DNA of 64,000 bases, taken from a bacterium (GTDB taxonomy: Bacteria > Fibrobacterota > Fibrobacteria > UBA11236). Positions 19,112 to 28,904 of this stretch are shown here, one piece after another. The notes beneath the pieces were generated by a model that ran no database searches, was not told where the DNA came from, and saw only the letters and a list, made by a program, of their open reading frames with translations. The stretch covers positions 6,298 to 70,297 of the forward strand of contig OMJM01000042.1 in NCBI GenBank assembly GCA_900299345.1, given 5' to 3'. Every line of letters starts with the position of its first letter. Position 1 is the first letter of the stretch. The position numbers were made by a program, and so were the translations under genes.

Positions 19112-20182
19112 TCAGAACTCGACCCGTGTGCCTTCAGAAACCTGGAAGGCGCCGACGGTGATGACGCGATCTCCGGCGGAAAGCCCGGCGAGAACGAGCA
19201 CGGAATCTCCTTTGGCCGGGCCAATCGTCACGTTGACTCTGTGCGCCAAACCACCATCCACCTTCATGAGGATCGTGCCTTCTTGAAGGCGCAGCACCGC
19301 CTGCGAGGGAACGACCAACGCCTTATCATAGCTCTTGCGGAGAACGCGCGCCTTGCCCACCATGCCGGGGCGCAGGTTGTTTCCGGAATTCGTCAGCTCG
19401 ATGCGGGCCGTCACTGTGCGATTGCGTGCCTCAACGGCGCGATCCAAATCCCGAATCTTTCCGGTCACGGGCTTCATATCACCGCTTTCATTCAGCAACT
19501 GAAACTCGGCCTTTTGTCCTTCGCGATAATCAAACGCTTCGCCCTCGGGAATGGAAATGACGGCTTCGAGACGCGAGATGTCGGCGAGACGCACCGTGGG
19601 CGCTCCCGGCGGCACATTTTGGTAACCGTCCACAAAACGGCTGACGAGGATGCCCGCGAACGGAGCCTGACAGCGGCTGTCTTCATAAGCCCGCTCCGCC
19701 TGCAACGAGGCCGCACGTGCATTCTGGTAATCAAACTGGGCTTTGTCCAGCATGGCCTTGCCCACGTAACCCTTGTCCACGTTGCTCTGCGTGCGCTCCA
19801 GTTCACCCTTGGCCAAATCCACGGCGGATTTGGCCTGCAACTGCGCCGCCTGATAACGTTCGCTCTCGATGTCGCACAGGGCATCGCCCTTGGCGACGGA
19901 GCGGCCGACGTCGGAAACGCTGTTGACACGCCCGCCGCCCATGGCTGGAGCCGTGAGCACGGCATCGCTGGCACCGCGCAGATCTGCGGAGTACAGTCCC
20001 CAGTCCTCGAAGGCACGGGGTTCCACCACGGCCGTGACGACATGAATGGCCAGCGTGGTGTCCGCGGACACGCGCTTCACATCCTCTTCGCTTTCTTCCT
20101 TGGCTTTCTTCTTGCATCCCGCGAGAATCGCCAAGGAGGCGACGCACACGATTCCCACGATTCTCTGCCATTGCGGTTTCAT
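19112..20182 (-). CDS. RND efflux membrane-fusion lipoprotein
   Basis: Lipobox LAGC; APFAG, LRPGM, GLSAGDRVI; start 20182 overlaps the TolC stop. Confidence 0.9.
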   Translation of the reverse strand: MKPQWQRIVGIVCVASLAILAGCKKKAKEESEEDVKRVSADTTLAIHVVTAVVEPRAFEDWGLYSADLRGASDAVLTAPAMGGGRVNSVSDVGRSVAKGDALCDIESERYQAAQLQAKSAVDLAKGELERTQSNVDKGYVGKAMLDKAQFDYQNARAASLQAERAYEDSRCQAPFAGILVSRFVDGYQNVPPGAPTVRLADISRLEAVISIPEGEAFDYREGQKAEFQLLNESGDMKPVTGKIRDLDRAVEARNRTVTARIELTNSGNNLRPGMVGKARVLRKSYDKALVVPSQAVLRLQEGTILMKVDGGLAHRVNVTIGPAKGDSVLVLAGLSAGDRVITVGAFQVSEGTRVEF

Positions 20183-21615
20183 TTCGAACCCTCCTCGATC
20201 AAGTCCATGCCCAGCGCGACGCGCAGCGCAGCGCACGCCCGAATTTTCTGGTAACGGGCGCCCAACACTCCCAGCTCCGCATTGCGAAGCCCTTCTTCGG
20301 CGGCCAGCAAATCGGTGACCTGTCCCTTGCCGGAACGAAAATCCTCTGACAACATCTGGCGCGCATCCTCGGCGGCGTCCCGCGCCTGTCGCGCAGCTTC
20401 GTACGCAGTGTCCGCCGCGGCGGCTTCGTGCAACGCTCTTTCGATATCAATCCGGGCGAAGGTAGTGCCGAGCCTCTGGGAGAGCTCCAACGTACGCGCG
20501 TCGGAATCATATTGCCTAGCCTTCGAACTTTGTCCGAATCCGTCGAAGATGGGCCATTGCAACCCGACGCCCACCTGCCATTCGAGGTTCTTGTCGAAAT
20601 CCGTCATTTGATTATTGAGCTTGTACGCGAGAATGCCCCACTTGCCTTGAAAGCCGAGTGTGGGAAGATATTGCATGCGGTAGTAACGGGCATAGCCGCG
20701 CAATGATTCCTTCTGCAATTGCATGGCTTGAAGATCCGGACGGCGTTCCAGTATCGCCTGTATCCCGGCTTCGGACGTGTCCACCGCGGGAATCGCAAAA
20801 TCCGCCGCGGAACTGTCCGGTTCCACCGGAGACTGAACGGAGCGGCCCACCAATCTATTCAAGGACATCGCGGCGGCATCCGCATCGCTTTGCGCACGGA
20901 TGCGCTCGGGCTCCAGCGACTTGAGCGCCGAAGTCGCCAGCAGCACGGTGCTGCGCTGGCCCGCGCCCATCCGAAAATTCGACTGCATGAAACCGACGGC
21001 CTCGTTCTGCCGCTTGAGCGATGCTTCGATCACCTGCACCCGCGCGCGGGAAGTCAGGGCTCCGTAGAAGGCGTCCAACGTCTGCATCTCCAACTCTTGC
21101 CGGGAACGGCGGTTCGATTCGGTCTGCGAACGCTGAACCGTTCCGGCCACATGATACGCCTGCCCTACGCGTCCAAAGGCAAAAATGGGTTGCGTCACCT
21201 GCACGCCGTAGCTGTAGCGGTTCTGGGCAATGTTGATGACGTTCGGTGCCGCCTGCGGTGTGTTGTCGACAAGCACCTTGTTCGTCGCGGGATCCACGAC
21301 GAGGTTGCCGGCAGCATCCTGTGTATAACGCGTCGGGGCTTTGAACCCGAGGGACGACAAATCAAAGGGAGAGGCGCCACGACCGGCGTTGGCGTATAAC
21401 TGCACGTTGGGCAAGGCCGCCGAAAGCACTTCGCTCTTCTGCGCATCCAGCTTGGTTTCCTTTTCGGACATCATCCGTGCTTCCTCGCTGCGTTGCAGCG
21501 CCGCGCTCATGGCATCGCGCAAAGTGAGCGATTCGCTCCACACGGAAACAGCAGCAGCCAGTGCGATAAAGGCAAACGGCACCTTTGATCCGCGACGGAA
21601 ATTATGGCGTTTCAT
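20179..21615 (-). CDS. TolC-family outer membrane efflux protein
   Basis: Signal peptide; LTLRDA..AAL, QPIFAFG, RRPDL, WPIFDGF; position in the efflux operon. Confidence 0.9.
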   Translation of the reverse strand: MKRHNFRRGSKVPFAFIALAAAVSVWSESLTLRDAMSAALQRSEEARMMSEKETKLDAQKSEVLSAALPNVQLYANAGRGASPFDLSSLGFKAPTRYTQDAAGNLVVDPATNKVLVDNTPQAAPNVINIAQNRYSYGVQVTQPIFAFGRVGQAYHVAGTVQRSQTESNRRSRQELEMQTLDAFYGALTSRARVQVIEASLKRQNEAVGFMQSNFRMGAGQRSTVLLATSALKSLEPERIRAQSDADAAAMSLNRLVGRSVQSPVEPDSSAADFAIPAVDTSEAGIQAILERRPDLQAMQLQKESLRGYARYYRMQYLPTLGFQGKWGILAYKLNNQMTDFDKNLEWQVGVGLQWPIFDGFGQSSKARQYDSDARTLELSQRLGTTFARIDIERALHEAAAADTAYEAARQARDAAEDARQMLSEDFRSGKGQVTDLLAAEEGLRNAELGVLGARYQKIRACAALRVALGMDLIEEGSK

Positions 21616-22276
21616 GATATTCCTTCCGGGCTTTTTCAGTCAACAGTCCCTCGAAGAGGACCCTGCAAGTCGTCTCGAACACACGTGTCGGTGTCATGTT
21701 GAGTTTTGCGAAAACGGCGGGATTGAGAACGTGACGGACGACTTCGGCGTAGATCAACAGGAACACCTGGGTGTCCACGTCCTTGCGGAAATCCCCCTTG
21801 GTCCGGCCTTCCTTCAACAGGGCAGAAAAATCCTCCTGAATGAGTTTCTGGCGGCCACTCTCGATCTCCTGCCAGATTTCCGGGGCGCTGCGCTTCATGT
21901 CATGCACCAACGCGCCGCTCATCTCCCCGTAAATCCCCGCCACATAGTCCATCATACGCTTTAGCCGCAAGCGCGGTTCAGAGGAAGCATCGTGCAGGAT
22001 GGCACGCATGGCGGCATTGCACGCTTCGACGCTTTCATGGGCCACCGCTTGCAACAACGCTTCTTTGCTGGGAAAATGCAGATAGACTGTCTTCTTGCTC
22101 ACCCCGGCCGATGCGGCGGTTTCGTCCATGGTGACAGCGCTGAAGCCAAGGCGCATGTACTGTTCTCGCGCCACATCCAGAATGCGGCGGCGCATGTCCG
22201 CAGCTTGAATGCGCGGAGAACGATGCGGCATCTGGGCGGGCATCGCGCGTCGTTTGGGGGAAAGCGTCGTGGTCAT
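21602..22276 (-). CDS. TetR/AcrR-family regulator
   Basis: GFSAVTMDETAASAGVSKKTVYLHFPSKEAL HTH; leads the efflux operon. Confidence 0.93.
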   Translation of the reverse strand: MTTTLSPKRRAMPAQMPHRSPRIQAADMRRRILDVAREQYMRLGFSAVTMDETAASAGVSKKTVYLHFPSKEALLQAVAHESVEACNAAMRAILHDASSEPRLRLKRMMDYVAGIYGEMSGALVHDMKRSAPEIWQEIESGRQKLIQEDFSALLKEGRTKGDFRKDVDTQVFLLIYAEVVRHVLNPAVFAKLNMTPTRVFETTCRVLFEGLLTEKARKEYHETP

Positions 22277-22284
22277 GGAAATAC

Positions 22285-22318
22285 TTTGGAAACTTTTTTG
22301 GTTTCGAGAGTTTCCAAA
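22285..22318. promoter_or_regulatory. Probable TetR operator (inverted repeat)
   Basis: TTTGGAAACT-N14-AGTTTCCAAA just upstream of tetR, overlapping a minus-strand TTGACG-N18-TAGTTT promoter (22345-22316). Confidence 0.65.
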
Positions 22319-22353
22319 CTAGTTTACGTCATTTTGTCGCGTCAACCCCGCCC

Positions 22354-22382
22354 TTGTCACGCCACGTCGCAACAAGTACGAT
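22354..22382 (+). promoter_or_regulatory. Sigma70-type promoter of marR-pirin
   Basis: TTGTCA (22354-59), 17 bp spacer, TACGAT (22377-82), 6 nt before the GTG start. Confidence 0.6.
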
Positions 22383-22388
22383 TCGTCC

Positions 22389-22874
22389 GTGTCCCACGAC
22401 ATGCGTAGCGAAATCAAACAGGCGAAGCCCTTTTCCAGCCCGGAAGAGGAGCTTTTTCTAAGCCTTGTGCATACTTCGGATATCGCGGCCCGCAAACTCA
22501 GTGATTTCCTCAAGGAACACAAAATTTCCACGGCCCAGTACAACGTCCTGCGCATTTTGCGGGGGGCCGGCCCGAACGGGCTTCCCTGCGGAGAAATCAG
22601 TTCCCGCATGGTAACCCGCGATCCCGACATCACCCGCCTGCTCGATCGTCTGGAAAAACGCAAGTTGGTGGGGCGTTCGCGTCTCTCCGGGGATCGCCGT
22701 GTGGTCTCAACGCGTATTTCACCCGACGGCTTGGCCCTCTTGAAAATTCTCGACAAGCCCATGGTTGAAATTCATCAACAACAGCTTGGATTTTTGTCTG
22801 CCACAGAAATACAGGAACTTCTGAAGGCATTCACGCGCATTCGAGCACATCTCAGCGAAGAGGCGCCTGAGTGA
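22389..22874 (+). CDS. MarR-family regulator
   Basis: QYNVLRILRG, PDITRLLDRLEKRKLV, DRRV. Confidence 0.92.
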   Translation: MSHDMRSEIKQAKPFSSPEEELFLSLVHTSDIAARKLSDFLKEHKISTAQYNVLRILRGAGPNGLPCGEISSRMVTRDPDITRLLDRLEKRKLVGRSRLSGDRRVVSTRISPDGLALLKILDKPMVEIHQQQLGFLSATEIQELLKAFTRIRAHLSEEAPE

Positions 22875-23572
22875 TCCAAATCCGTCCGGCCAGCGAGCGG
22901 GGACACATCGATCACGGTTGGTTGAACACCTGGCATACCTTTTCCTTCGCGGACTATTTCGATCCTGAACACCATGGTTTCCGCTCGTTGCGGGTGATGA
23001 ACGAAGATTTCATCCAGCCCGGAGAAGGTTTCGGTACTCACGGTCATCGGGACATGGAAATCCTCACCTATGTCCTTTCCGGAAAACTGGAACATCGCGA
23101 TTCCCTGGGAAATGGCGGCATACTGCAGCATCATCTGGTGCAGCATATGCGCGCGGGCACCGGCATCCGGCACAGTGAGGCCAACGCGAGCGACACGGAT
23201 GAGTTGCATCTCTATCAGATCTGGATTCTGCCAGCCAAGGGCGGACTGGTGCCGAATTATGTGGACAAAACCTTTGACCCTGCAGAAGCCCAAGGAAAGC
23301 TGCAATTACTCGCTTCGCCCGGAGGACGGAATGGAAGTCTCGACATCGCACAGGACGCCTTTTGGTACCGGACTTTTCTTCAGCCAGGACAATCAGTTTC
23401 ATTGTCTTTGACCGACGAGCACCACGCCTGGGTTCAGGTTGTGAACGGAACGGTTACCCTGAACAGTTCGTCCACTCTGTCTACGGGCGATGGCGCGGCA
23501 ATGAGCGGTGAGAAGGAACTTGTGTTGAAAGCGGAAAAAGAATCGGAAGTGTTGGTGTTCGAACTGGGGTGA
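22871..23572 (+). CDS. Pirin-family protein (YhhW-like)
   Basis: HTFSFADY, GFGTHGHRDMEILTYV, HRDSLGN, GIRHSE, QIWI. Confidence 0.93.
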   Translation: MIQIRPASERGHIDHGWLNTWHTFSFADYFDPEHHGFRSLRVMNEDFIQPGEGFGTHGHRDMEILTYVLSGKLEHRDSLGNGGILQHHLVQHMRAGTGIRHSEANASDTDELHLYQIWILPAKGGLVPNYVDKTFDPAEAQGKLQLLASPGGRNGSLDIAQDAFWYRTFLQPGQSVSLSLTDEHHAWVQVVNGTVTLNSSSTLSTGDGAAMSGEKELVLKAEKESEVLVFELG

Positions 23573-23573
23573 G

Positions 23574-24983
23574 TCACTCTGCCGTTTCCATCACCGTCCC
23601 CGGATAATACGCCGACAGAATCGTGGCACAATCCTGCCCTGCCCGAGAACGGGCCATCGCTCCCATCTGACACATGCCCACACCGTGTCCATAACCGCCG
23701 CCTTCGGCAACGACACGGTTTCCGGACACCTCGATGTCAAACTTGGCGCTCCGCAGGATGCGTCCCGAAACAGTTTTCAAGCCCATGCGAATCTTATCGC
23801 CATGCAGTTCGAACCCTCCGCGATCCGTTCTGACTTCCAGCACATCCACCCTGCCATCGGCGAATTTTTTTTCGATCCGTAACCCCTTGAGATGGTGAAA
23901 GGCGGGAACATTCCTCACCCCCGCCTCATTCAGATTATGGCGCAGAATGGAAGCCAATTCCGGCAGGGTCCATTCCTCGCTCCAGTGCATGTAGCGTGAC
24001 GCCCGGCACCACGGTTGCCCGTCAGCATCGCGATCTGCACGGGTTACGAGATATGGAATCATGGCCCCCCCCCAGACCTCGTGCCGGGCGGCCGTCATTC
24101 CTCCGCACGTGCTGTGGTAATAGCACATAGCCAGCGTATCGTGATGCACAAGCACCTTGCCCGCGGTTTCGCGAATGGCACGGTCGGTCGTTCCGAATTC
24201 AGCGGAGACGCCCCCATAGACCTGATCCTGCACCGAAGCGCGCACGTCGAACCAGGCGTTGCCTTTGGCCAGCATGAACTTGTATCCATAGGTACGCGCC
24301 ACCACGGCTTGTGCCTTGAGCGCCTCCATCTCCCCCTCGCCCATGCGCCCCATTTCCAGCGGCACCACGCCGCGCAGATATTCTTCCATCGGAAGCACGT
24401 TCACGCAAAATAATCCGGCCCCATCGTACGCAATGTCCAATGCGCCGCGGTAATTTTTTCCATTCAAACCCAATACGGCGTCAGGATCTCCCGGACTCAA
24501 CCGCAAAGAAGCGACCTTTCCGGCAAAACTTTCCCCGTGAGCGCCTGTGATTCGAAATCCTTCACGACCATACGCAATGTGGATCGCCCCGGCCGGATAG
24601 TTTTTATCCCCCTCAGAGCCGTCTCGTTTGAGCCAGTGTAAACGGGCCTTGGAAGAGGAAGAGACCGCAAGTGTCTTTGCAACTTCCTGAAGCAACACGC
24701 GGATGAATCCCTTTCCTGAAGGCGGCAAGGCAAAAATTCGTCCGCTTTTCGCAGTAGGCTTGGGAGGCTCATCGGGAGCCTTGTTCGGAACAGGAGTTGG
24801 AGAATGGGTTTTTGGGGGTTCAGTGGCTGAAGTTTCCACAGGCGCATCCAGATACAAGGATGTGTCCGTCCCGTAGGGATAACGTAAGGCGCCGGGATTT
24901 ACTTCTTCAGGATACGGAAGCTTGGCAGCGGCCATGCTGAACGCCATGGCCAGCAACACCGGAAATCGCAATGGAAAATTCAC
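23574..24983 (-). CDS. SpoIID/LytB-domain lytic transglycosylase
   Basis: EEYLRGVVPLEM, EALKAQAVVARTY, DQVYGG, YYHSTCGG, GYGHGVGMCQMGA, YYPG. Confidence 0.9.
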   Translation of the reverse strand: MNFPLRFPVLLAMAFSMAAAKLPYPEEVNPGALRYPYGTDTSLYLDAPVETSATEPPKTHSPTPVPNKAPDEPPKPTAKSGRIFALPPSGKGFIRVLLQEVAKTLAVSSSSKARLHWLKRDGSEGDKNYPAGAIHIAYGREGFRITGAHGESFAGKVASLRLSPGDPDAVLGLNGKNYRGALDIAYDGAGLFCVNVLPMEEYLRGVVPLEMGRMGEGEMEALKAQAVVARTYGYKFMLAKGNAWFDVRASVQDQVYGGVSAEFGTTDRAIRETAGKVLVHHDTLAMCYYHSTCGGMTAARHEVWGGAMIPYLVTRADRDADGQPWCRASRYMHWSEEWTLPELASILRHNLNEAGVRNVPAFHHLKGLRIEKKFADGRVDVLEVRTDRGGFELHGDKIRMGLKTVSGRILRSAKFDIEVSGNRVVAEGGGYGHGVGMCQMGAMARSRAGQDCATILSAYYPGTVMETAE

Positions 24984-25495
24984 CGCGCTCCGCGGGCCAT
25001 TTTCTTCAGCTTCGGCTCATTCATCAATCGATCGGTGGCGGAGATCTTGTCCACGAACAACACCCCTTCGAGATGATCGATCTCATGCTGGATGCAGCGC
25101 GCCAGCAATCCGTCGAGATTTTTGAGTTCGACGGGCTTTCCGTCGTAGTCAAGCGCCTTCAAAGTGATGGTTTCTGGGCGCGTAACATCGGCCCAGACAT
25201 CCGGCACTGAAAGACAGCCTTCCTCGGCCACTGCTTCGCCGCTGGAGGACACAATCTCCGGGTTGAAGAACACGCGCGGGTCACGCTTTTCTTCACCGCC
25301 GACATCCACCACGATCAACCGCACTGATTCACCAATCTGAGGCGCGGCCAGACCAATGCCGTTGGAGGCGTACATGGATTCCAGCATCTCGTCAGCCAAC
25401 CGTTTGAGCGCCGGGCTTACGGAAGTAACAGGCTTGGCGCGCTTGCGCAAAACCGAATTACCGTAAACCAGAACGGGACGGGCGGTCACAATCAC
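24980..25495 (-). CDS. def: Peptide deformylase
   Basis: GIGLAAPQIG, EGCLSVP, QHEIDHLEG. Confidence 0.97.
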   Translation of the reverse strand: MIVTARPVLVYGNSVLRKRAKPVTSVSPALKRLADEMLESMYASNGIGLAAPQIGESVRLIVVDVGGEEKRDPRVFFNPEIVSSSGEAVAEEGCLSVPDVWADVTRPETITLKALDYDGKPVELKNLDGLLARCIQHEIDHLEGVLFVDKISATDRLMNEPKLKKMARGAR

Positions 25496-25776
25496 CCCTT
25501 GGCCTCGACCTTGTCCGGACTCACGGCTTGGGCAATCGCACTTTTGTCGAAATCGATGCGGGCGCCGCCATTGAATTCAAGCGTGATGAGGCTGTCCTTG
25601 ACGGCGTAGACTTCTCCGTACATTCCGGAGGTGGTCAACACCCGATCTCCCCGTTTCAAAGAGCCGAGCATCTTGTTCAGCGCCTGCTGTTTGCGGCGTT
25701 GGGGCAGGAAAAACAGGAAATACATGATGAGGATTGTTGCCAGCAAAAACACCAAGTCCATGGTTCCGAACTTCAC
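25492..25776 (-). CDS. yajC: Preprotein translocase subunit YajC
   Basis: N-terminal TM, PQRRKQ, LKRGDRVLTTSGMYG. Confidence 0.93.
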   Translation of the reverse strand: MKFGTMDLVFLLATILIMYFLFFLPQRRKQQALNKMLGSLKRGDRVLTTSGMYGEVYAVKDSLITLEFNGGARIDFDKSAIAQAVSPDKVEAKG

Positions 25777-25894
25777 GAATCAACTCCTCGGGCATGGAAA
25801 GTCACACCCAGTTTTTTGGTTTTGGGAAAAATTAGCAAGGGGAAGGGATCGCCAAAGGACGGAAATTACGGCCAATTCTACCTTGGAGCACCCG

Positions 25895-25967
25895 GCACCC
25901 GTAGCTCAGTGGATAGAGCAGCGGTTTTCTAAACCGTTGGTCCCTGGTTCGAACCCAGGCGGGTGCG
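25895..25967 (+). tRNA. tRNA-Arg(TCT), CCA not encoded
   Basis: GCACCCG/CGGGTGC acceptor stem, anticodon loop TTTCTAA, TTCGAAC T-loop. Confidence 0.93.
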
Positions 25968-25972
25968 GATTT

Positions 25973-27208
25973 TTATCTGACGAAGTAACGCCGGACTTTG
26001 ACACCACCACCGGCAACTGCAACACGCATCAGGTAGACACCGCTCTTTGCACTTCTCAAGTCGCCGCTGAAGTCGTAATCCACGGGCACGACACGGCCAT
26101 GCTCCTGTTTGAGCAGGCGGCCCGACATGTCGTACAAAGCGACGGAATGAAACCCGGGTTTGTTGATGTACACACCGGCTTGCTCGGGATGAAAAGTGAT
26201 TCCGGATGCATCGAGCGCAAAATTCAAGTCACCCTTATGAATGCCGGTCACTGAGACCGTATCGTAACCTGCCGTCCAGTACATGAATTGCTTGAAGAAT
26301 TTGTCCCAAACCGCCTGGGTCATTGCGGTCATGGTCACATTGTCGTGACCTTCCATGAAGTAACTGATGGTTCCCTTCATATCGGGGAAGGTCCATGAAG
26401 CGGCATAGCCGGGCGTGGCCGTACCATAATTGAAGGAACTCGTGGCGACACCGCAATTCGTGCCCGTACCGTTGTTGGTACAAGTAGCGGGATTCATCCG
26501 GAAGAAAACGTCGGCAGTGGGATACACGGAAGTGATTTGCTTGGAGAACCAATGCCACTCGCCTTGGGGGAAGATCACGCTGTCCGGGCCGATCGTTCCG
26601 ATTCCGGCGAATGTGATCCCTTCCATGACGGGATGGGTTTTGATGGCCGAGGGAATGCCCACATGCGCAGACACGGCTGTGCGGGAGGATTCGCCAGTAT
26701 AATTCACGGGATGGGCCGTGTTGTAATACCAGGGCCATACGCCCGACTGTCCGGTGCGCGAGTCACCGGAGGAATGCATGATGAACACGCCTCCGCCCAA
26801 CTGCTCTACGAAGTTCTGCACGGCTGTGCGATTCGCTGTGGGGAAACCCGTGGCCGAGGCCCAGCTGGAGATGTAGTTGCCAAAGAATACCTGATAGCCC
26901 GTAGTGGCCGGGTTTCCGAGCTTGGCCGCGGTGATGTTGTTGCCATTCGTTTCGATGTCCACAGTCCAAGGAGGCGTTTCCGAACGACCAATACGCGTCA
27001 GTGTGGAATCCAAAAGCGGCGTGGCAATGTTGTGGTTGTAGTTGTAGTAGAAGCTGCCGATCAAAATCTTCTTGAGCTTGGAAGTCAGTTGGTATTGCTG
27101 GCCATTAATCGTCACCAAGCGCTGTTTGGCAAGCGGGACCGTCTGAGCATGCACGGAAATGGATGCGGCAAGCAAAATGGATGCTAAAATTGCTGTCTTC
27201 GAATGCAT
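25973..27208 (-). CDS. Secreted ThuA-like (class I GATase-like fold) protein with T9SS-like C-terminal domain
   Basis: Signal ...SVHA|QTV; NFVEQLGGGVFIMHSSGD, WPWY, HPVMEG, EWHWF, YFMEGH, YWTAG; tail ALYDMSGRLL...SGVYLMRV; GAGGAG SD. Confidence 0.7.
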   Translation of the reverse strand: MHSKTAILASILLAASISVHAQTVPLAKQRLVTINGQQYQLTSKLKKILIGSFYYNYNHNIATPLLDSTLTRIGRSETPPWTVDIETNGNNITAAKLGNPATTGYQVFFGNYISSWASATGFPTANRTAVQNFVEQLGGGVFIMHSSGDSRTGQSGVWPWYYNTAHPVNYTGESSRTAVSAHVGIPSAIKTHPVMEGITFAGIGTIGPDSVIFPQGEWHWFSKQITSVYPTADVFFRMNPATCTNNGTGTNCGVATSSFNYGTATPGYAASWTFPDMKGTISYFMEGHDNVTMTAMTQAVWDKFFKQFMYWTAGYDTVSVTGIHKGDLNFALDASGITFHPEQAGVYINKPGFHSVALYDMSGRLLKQEHGRVVPVDYDFSGDLRSAKSGVYLMRVAVAGGGVKVRRYFVR

Positions 27209-27313
27209 AACGGTCTCCTCAAGGCTTCTAAACGCCTTAAATAATACGCCCAATTACCCCACCACGCACGGTCTTTTTAGAACAAAAATGTGTTATTTGA
27301 CAGAATAACGGTA

Positions 27314-28852
27314 TTACATGCTCCACTGGAAACGCAGCATGTAATACCAATCCGATTTGCCTTGCGTCAAAGGCATGGAGGACGGCTCACCGAGATTGTT
27401 CTGGACTCGCAAATGATCGTTGGCAACCTGGGCATAGAGATCCAATCCAGTGAACAGATTTTTTTGAACAAACAGCGACCATTTCAGATCATCATGGTCG
27501 TAAACGCCCGCCCGCAGGTTATCCTCGTACTCGGCGACGTTCCCTCCCGGCAATTGGGGCTGGGGAAGCGCGTTCGTGAATTGCTGAAAACTATTGTCGG
27601 GATAGGGGTTTTTGAAATACTCCATCTGGAGACAAAGCAAATCCAGAATGCCGAAGGTGGGCACATCGACTCCCAGCATCAGAGGAATGCGATTCTGAAT
27701 CTTTTCGTAAAAGTAAGGTTGGTTCTGCACGCCCAGCACGGCAACTTCGACAAACGCCTTGAACGGACCCGTGCTTTTCCCGTCCATCCCCAGCAGGCTG
27801 GCGATATCCACGGAAGCGCGGCCCATCAATTTGATGGCCTTGAAGGTGAGTTTTTCCGTCTTCGAAGCTTTCAAAGTATCAATGGGAGTTCCGGTGGAAT
27901 CCACGATTTCATACAAAAGCCCGCCGGACGCGTCGTGAAGCTCGGTGGCAATGTGAGTAATTCCGTCAGCGTAGGTGTAGCTGGTGATTTGACTCCCCAT
28001 GCCCTTCCACGTCCCTCCGGAAAAACCAGATTGATGGCTGAGCGAGCTATTCAATGCAGGGTAGGCCGGAAAATTTTTCACCTCCACATACGTGTTGGAA
28101 TGCTGGGGATCGTCAGGCGTGGTCCAACTGGGCTGGATGGGAAGCCAGCGATGCAAGGAAACACCGGCACCGAATTCAAACGCGCCCATCACTTTCAAGG
28201 TGGCTACGTAAGACGGAGAAAAATCGAACAGGGGTTGATCGTTAAATTCGCTGTACATCAAAAAGTCATGCCGGAGCATTCCGTTCAGAGAGGTCCAACT
28301 TACCTTGGTTCCGAGGGACTTGTACTCGTTGCTGTTCATCCAGACCCATCCGCCCGAACTGCCCGTGTGGATGATGCCGGGGTACGCTTCGCTGCGCAGC
28401 AAATACTCGCCGAGATTCACGGCATCAGGATTGTATTTGTATCCGAAAAATCCGAACTTCACGTTGAGATGCCGGGAGAAGTCATATTGCGCCGAAGCTT
28501 CGGAAATACCCGGACCGAATGAAATGCGTTTGTATTCCGCCGGTTCATGGGCCGGGTTTGAGGCGACCGGTTTGTAGAACAGGCCGCCTACGCCGATATT
28601 CATGCGCAGCCTCTCGTCCAACGTCCCTGAATATGTGAGCGCAATGCCATTACGGTTCAGAAAAAGATCTTCCAGTGGCGTGGTCGTGGCTTCGGATCCA
28701 TCCCCATAAACCAGAGAGCCCCGGACGAGTTGTCCCGCATCCACAAAACCGACAACGGAAACCTGACGGTCCGTGATTCCAGATTTGCCCGCTTCCGCAA
28801 AAGCGGAGCCTATGGCCAGACAAGCCATGACAAGGCATATGTTTTTCCTCAT
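27314..28852 (-). CDS. Uncharacterised outer-membrane beta-barrel-like protein, paralog A
   Basis: Signal peptide from ATG 28852 (GGGGGAG SD); alternating amphipathic strands; ends YYMLRFQWSM; NLGEYLLRSEAYP. Confidence 0.65.
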   Translation of the reverse strand: MRKNICLVMACLAIGSAFAEAGKSGITDRQVSVVGFVDAGQLVRGSLVYGDGSEATTTPLEDLFLNRNGIALTYSGTLDERLRMNIGVGGLFYKPVASNPAHEPAEYKRISFGPGISEASAQYDFSRHLNVKFGFFGYKYNPDAVNLGEYLLRSEAYPGIIHTGSSGGWVWMNSNEYKSLGTKVSWTSLNGMLRHDFLMYSEFNDQPLFDFSPSYVATLKVMGAFEFGAGVSLHRWLPIQPSWTTPDDPQHSNTYVEVKNFPAYPALNSSLSHQSGFSGGTWKGMGSQITSYTYADGITHIATELHDASGGLLYEIVDSTGTPIDTLKASKTEKLTFKAIKLMGRASVDIASLLGMDGKSTGPFKAFVEVAVLGVQNQPYFYEKIQNRIPLMLGVDVPTFGILDLLCLQMEYFKNPYPDNSFQQFTNALPQPQLPGGNVAEYEDNLRAGVYDHDDLKWSLFVQKNLFTGLDLYAQVANDHLRVQNNLGEPSSMPLTQGKSDWYYMLRFQWSM

Positions 28853-28904
28853 GGGCTCTCCCCCTTCATTTCCACACGTGCGACTTCTTCGCGTCGGGGC
28901 ATGC

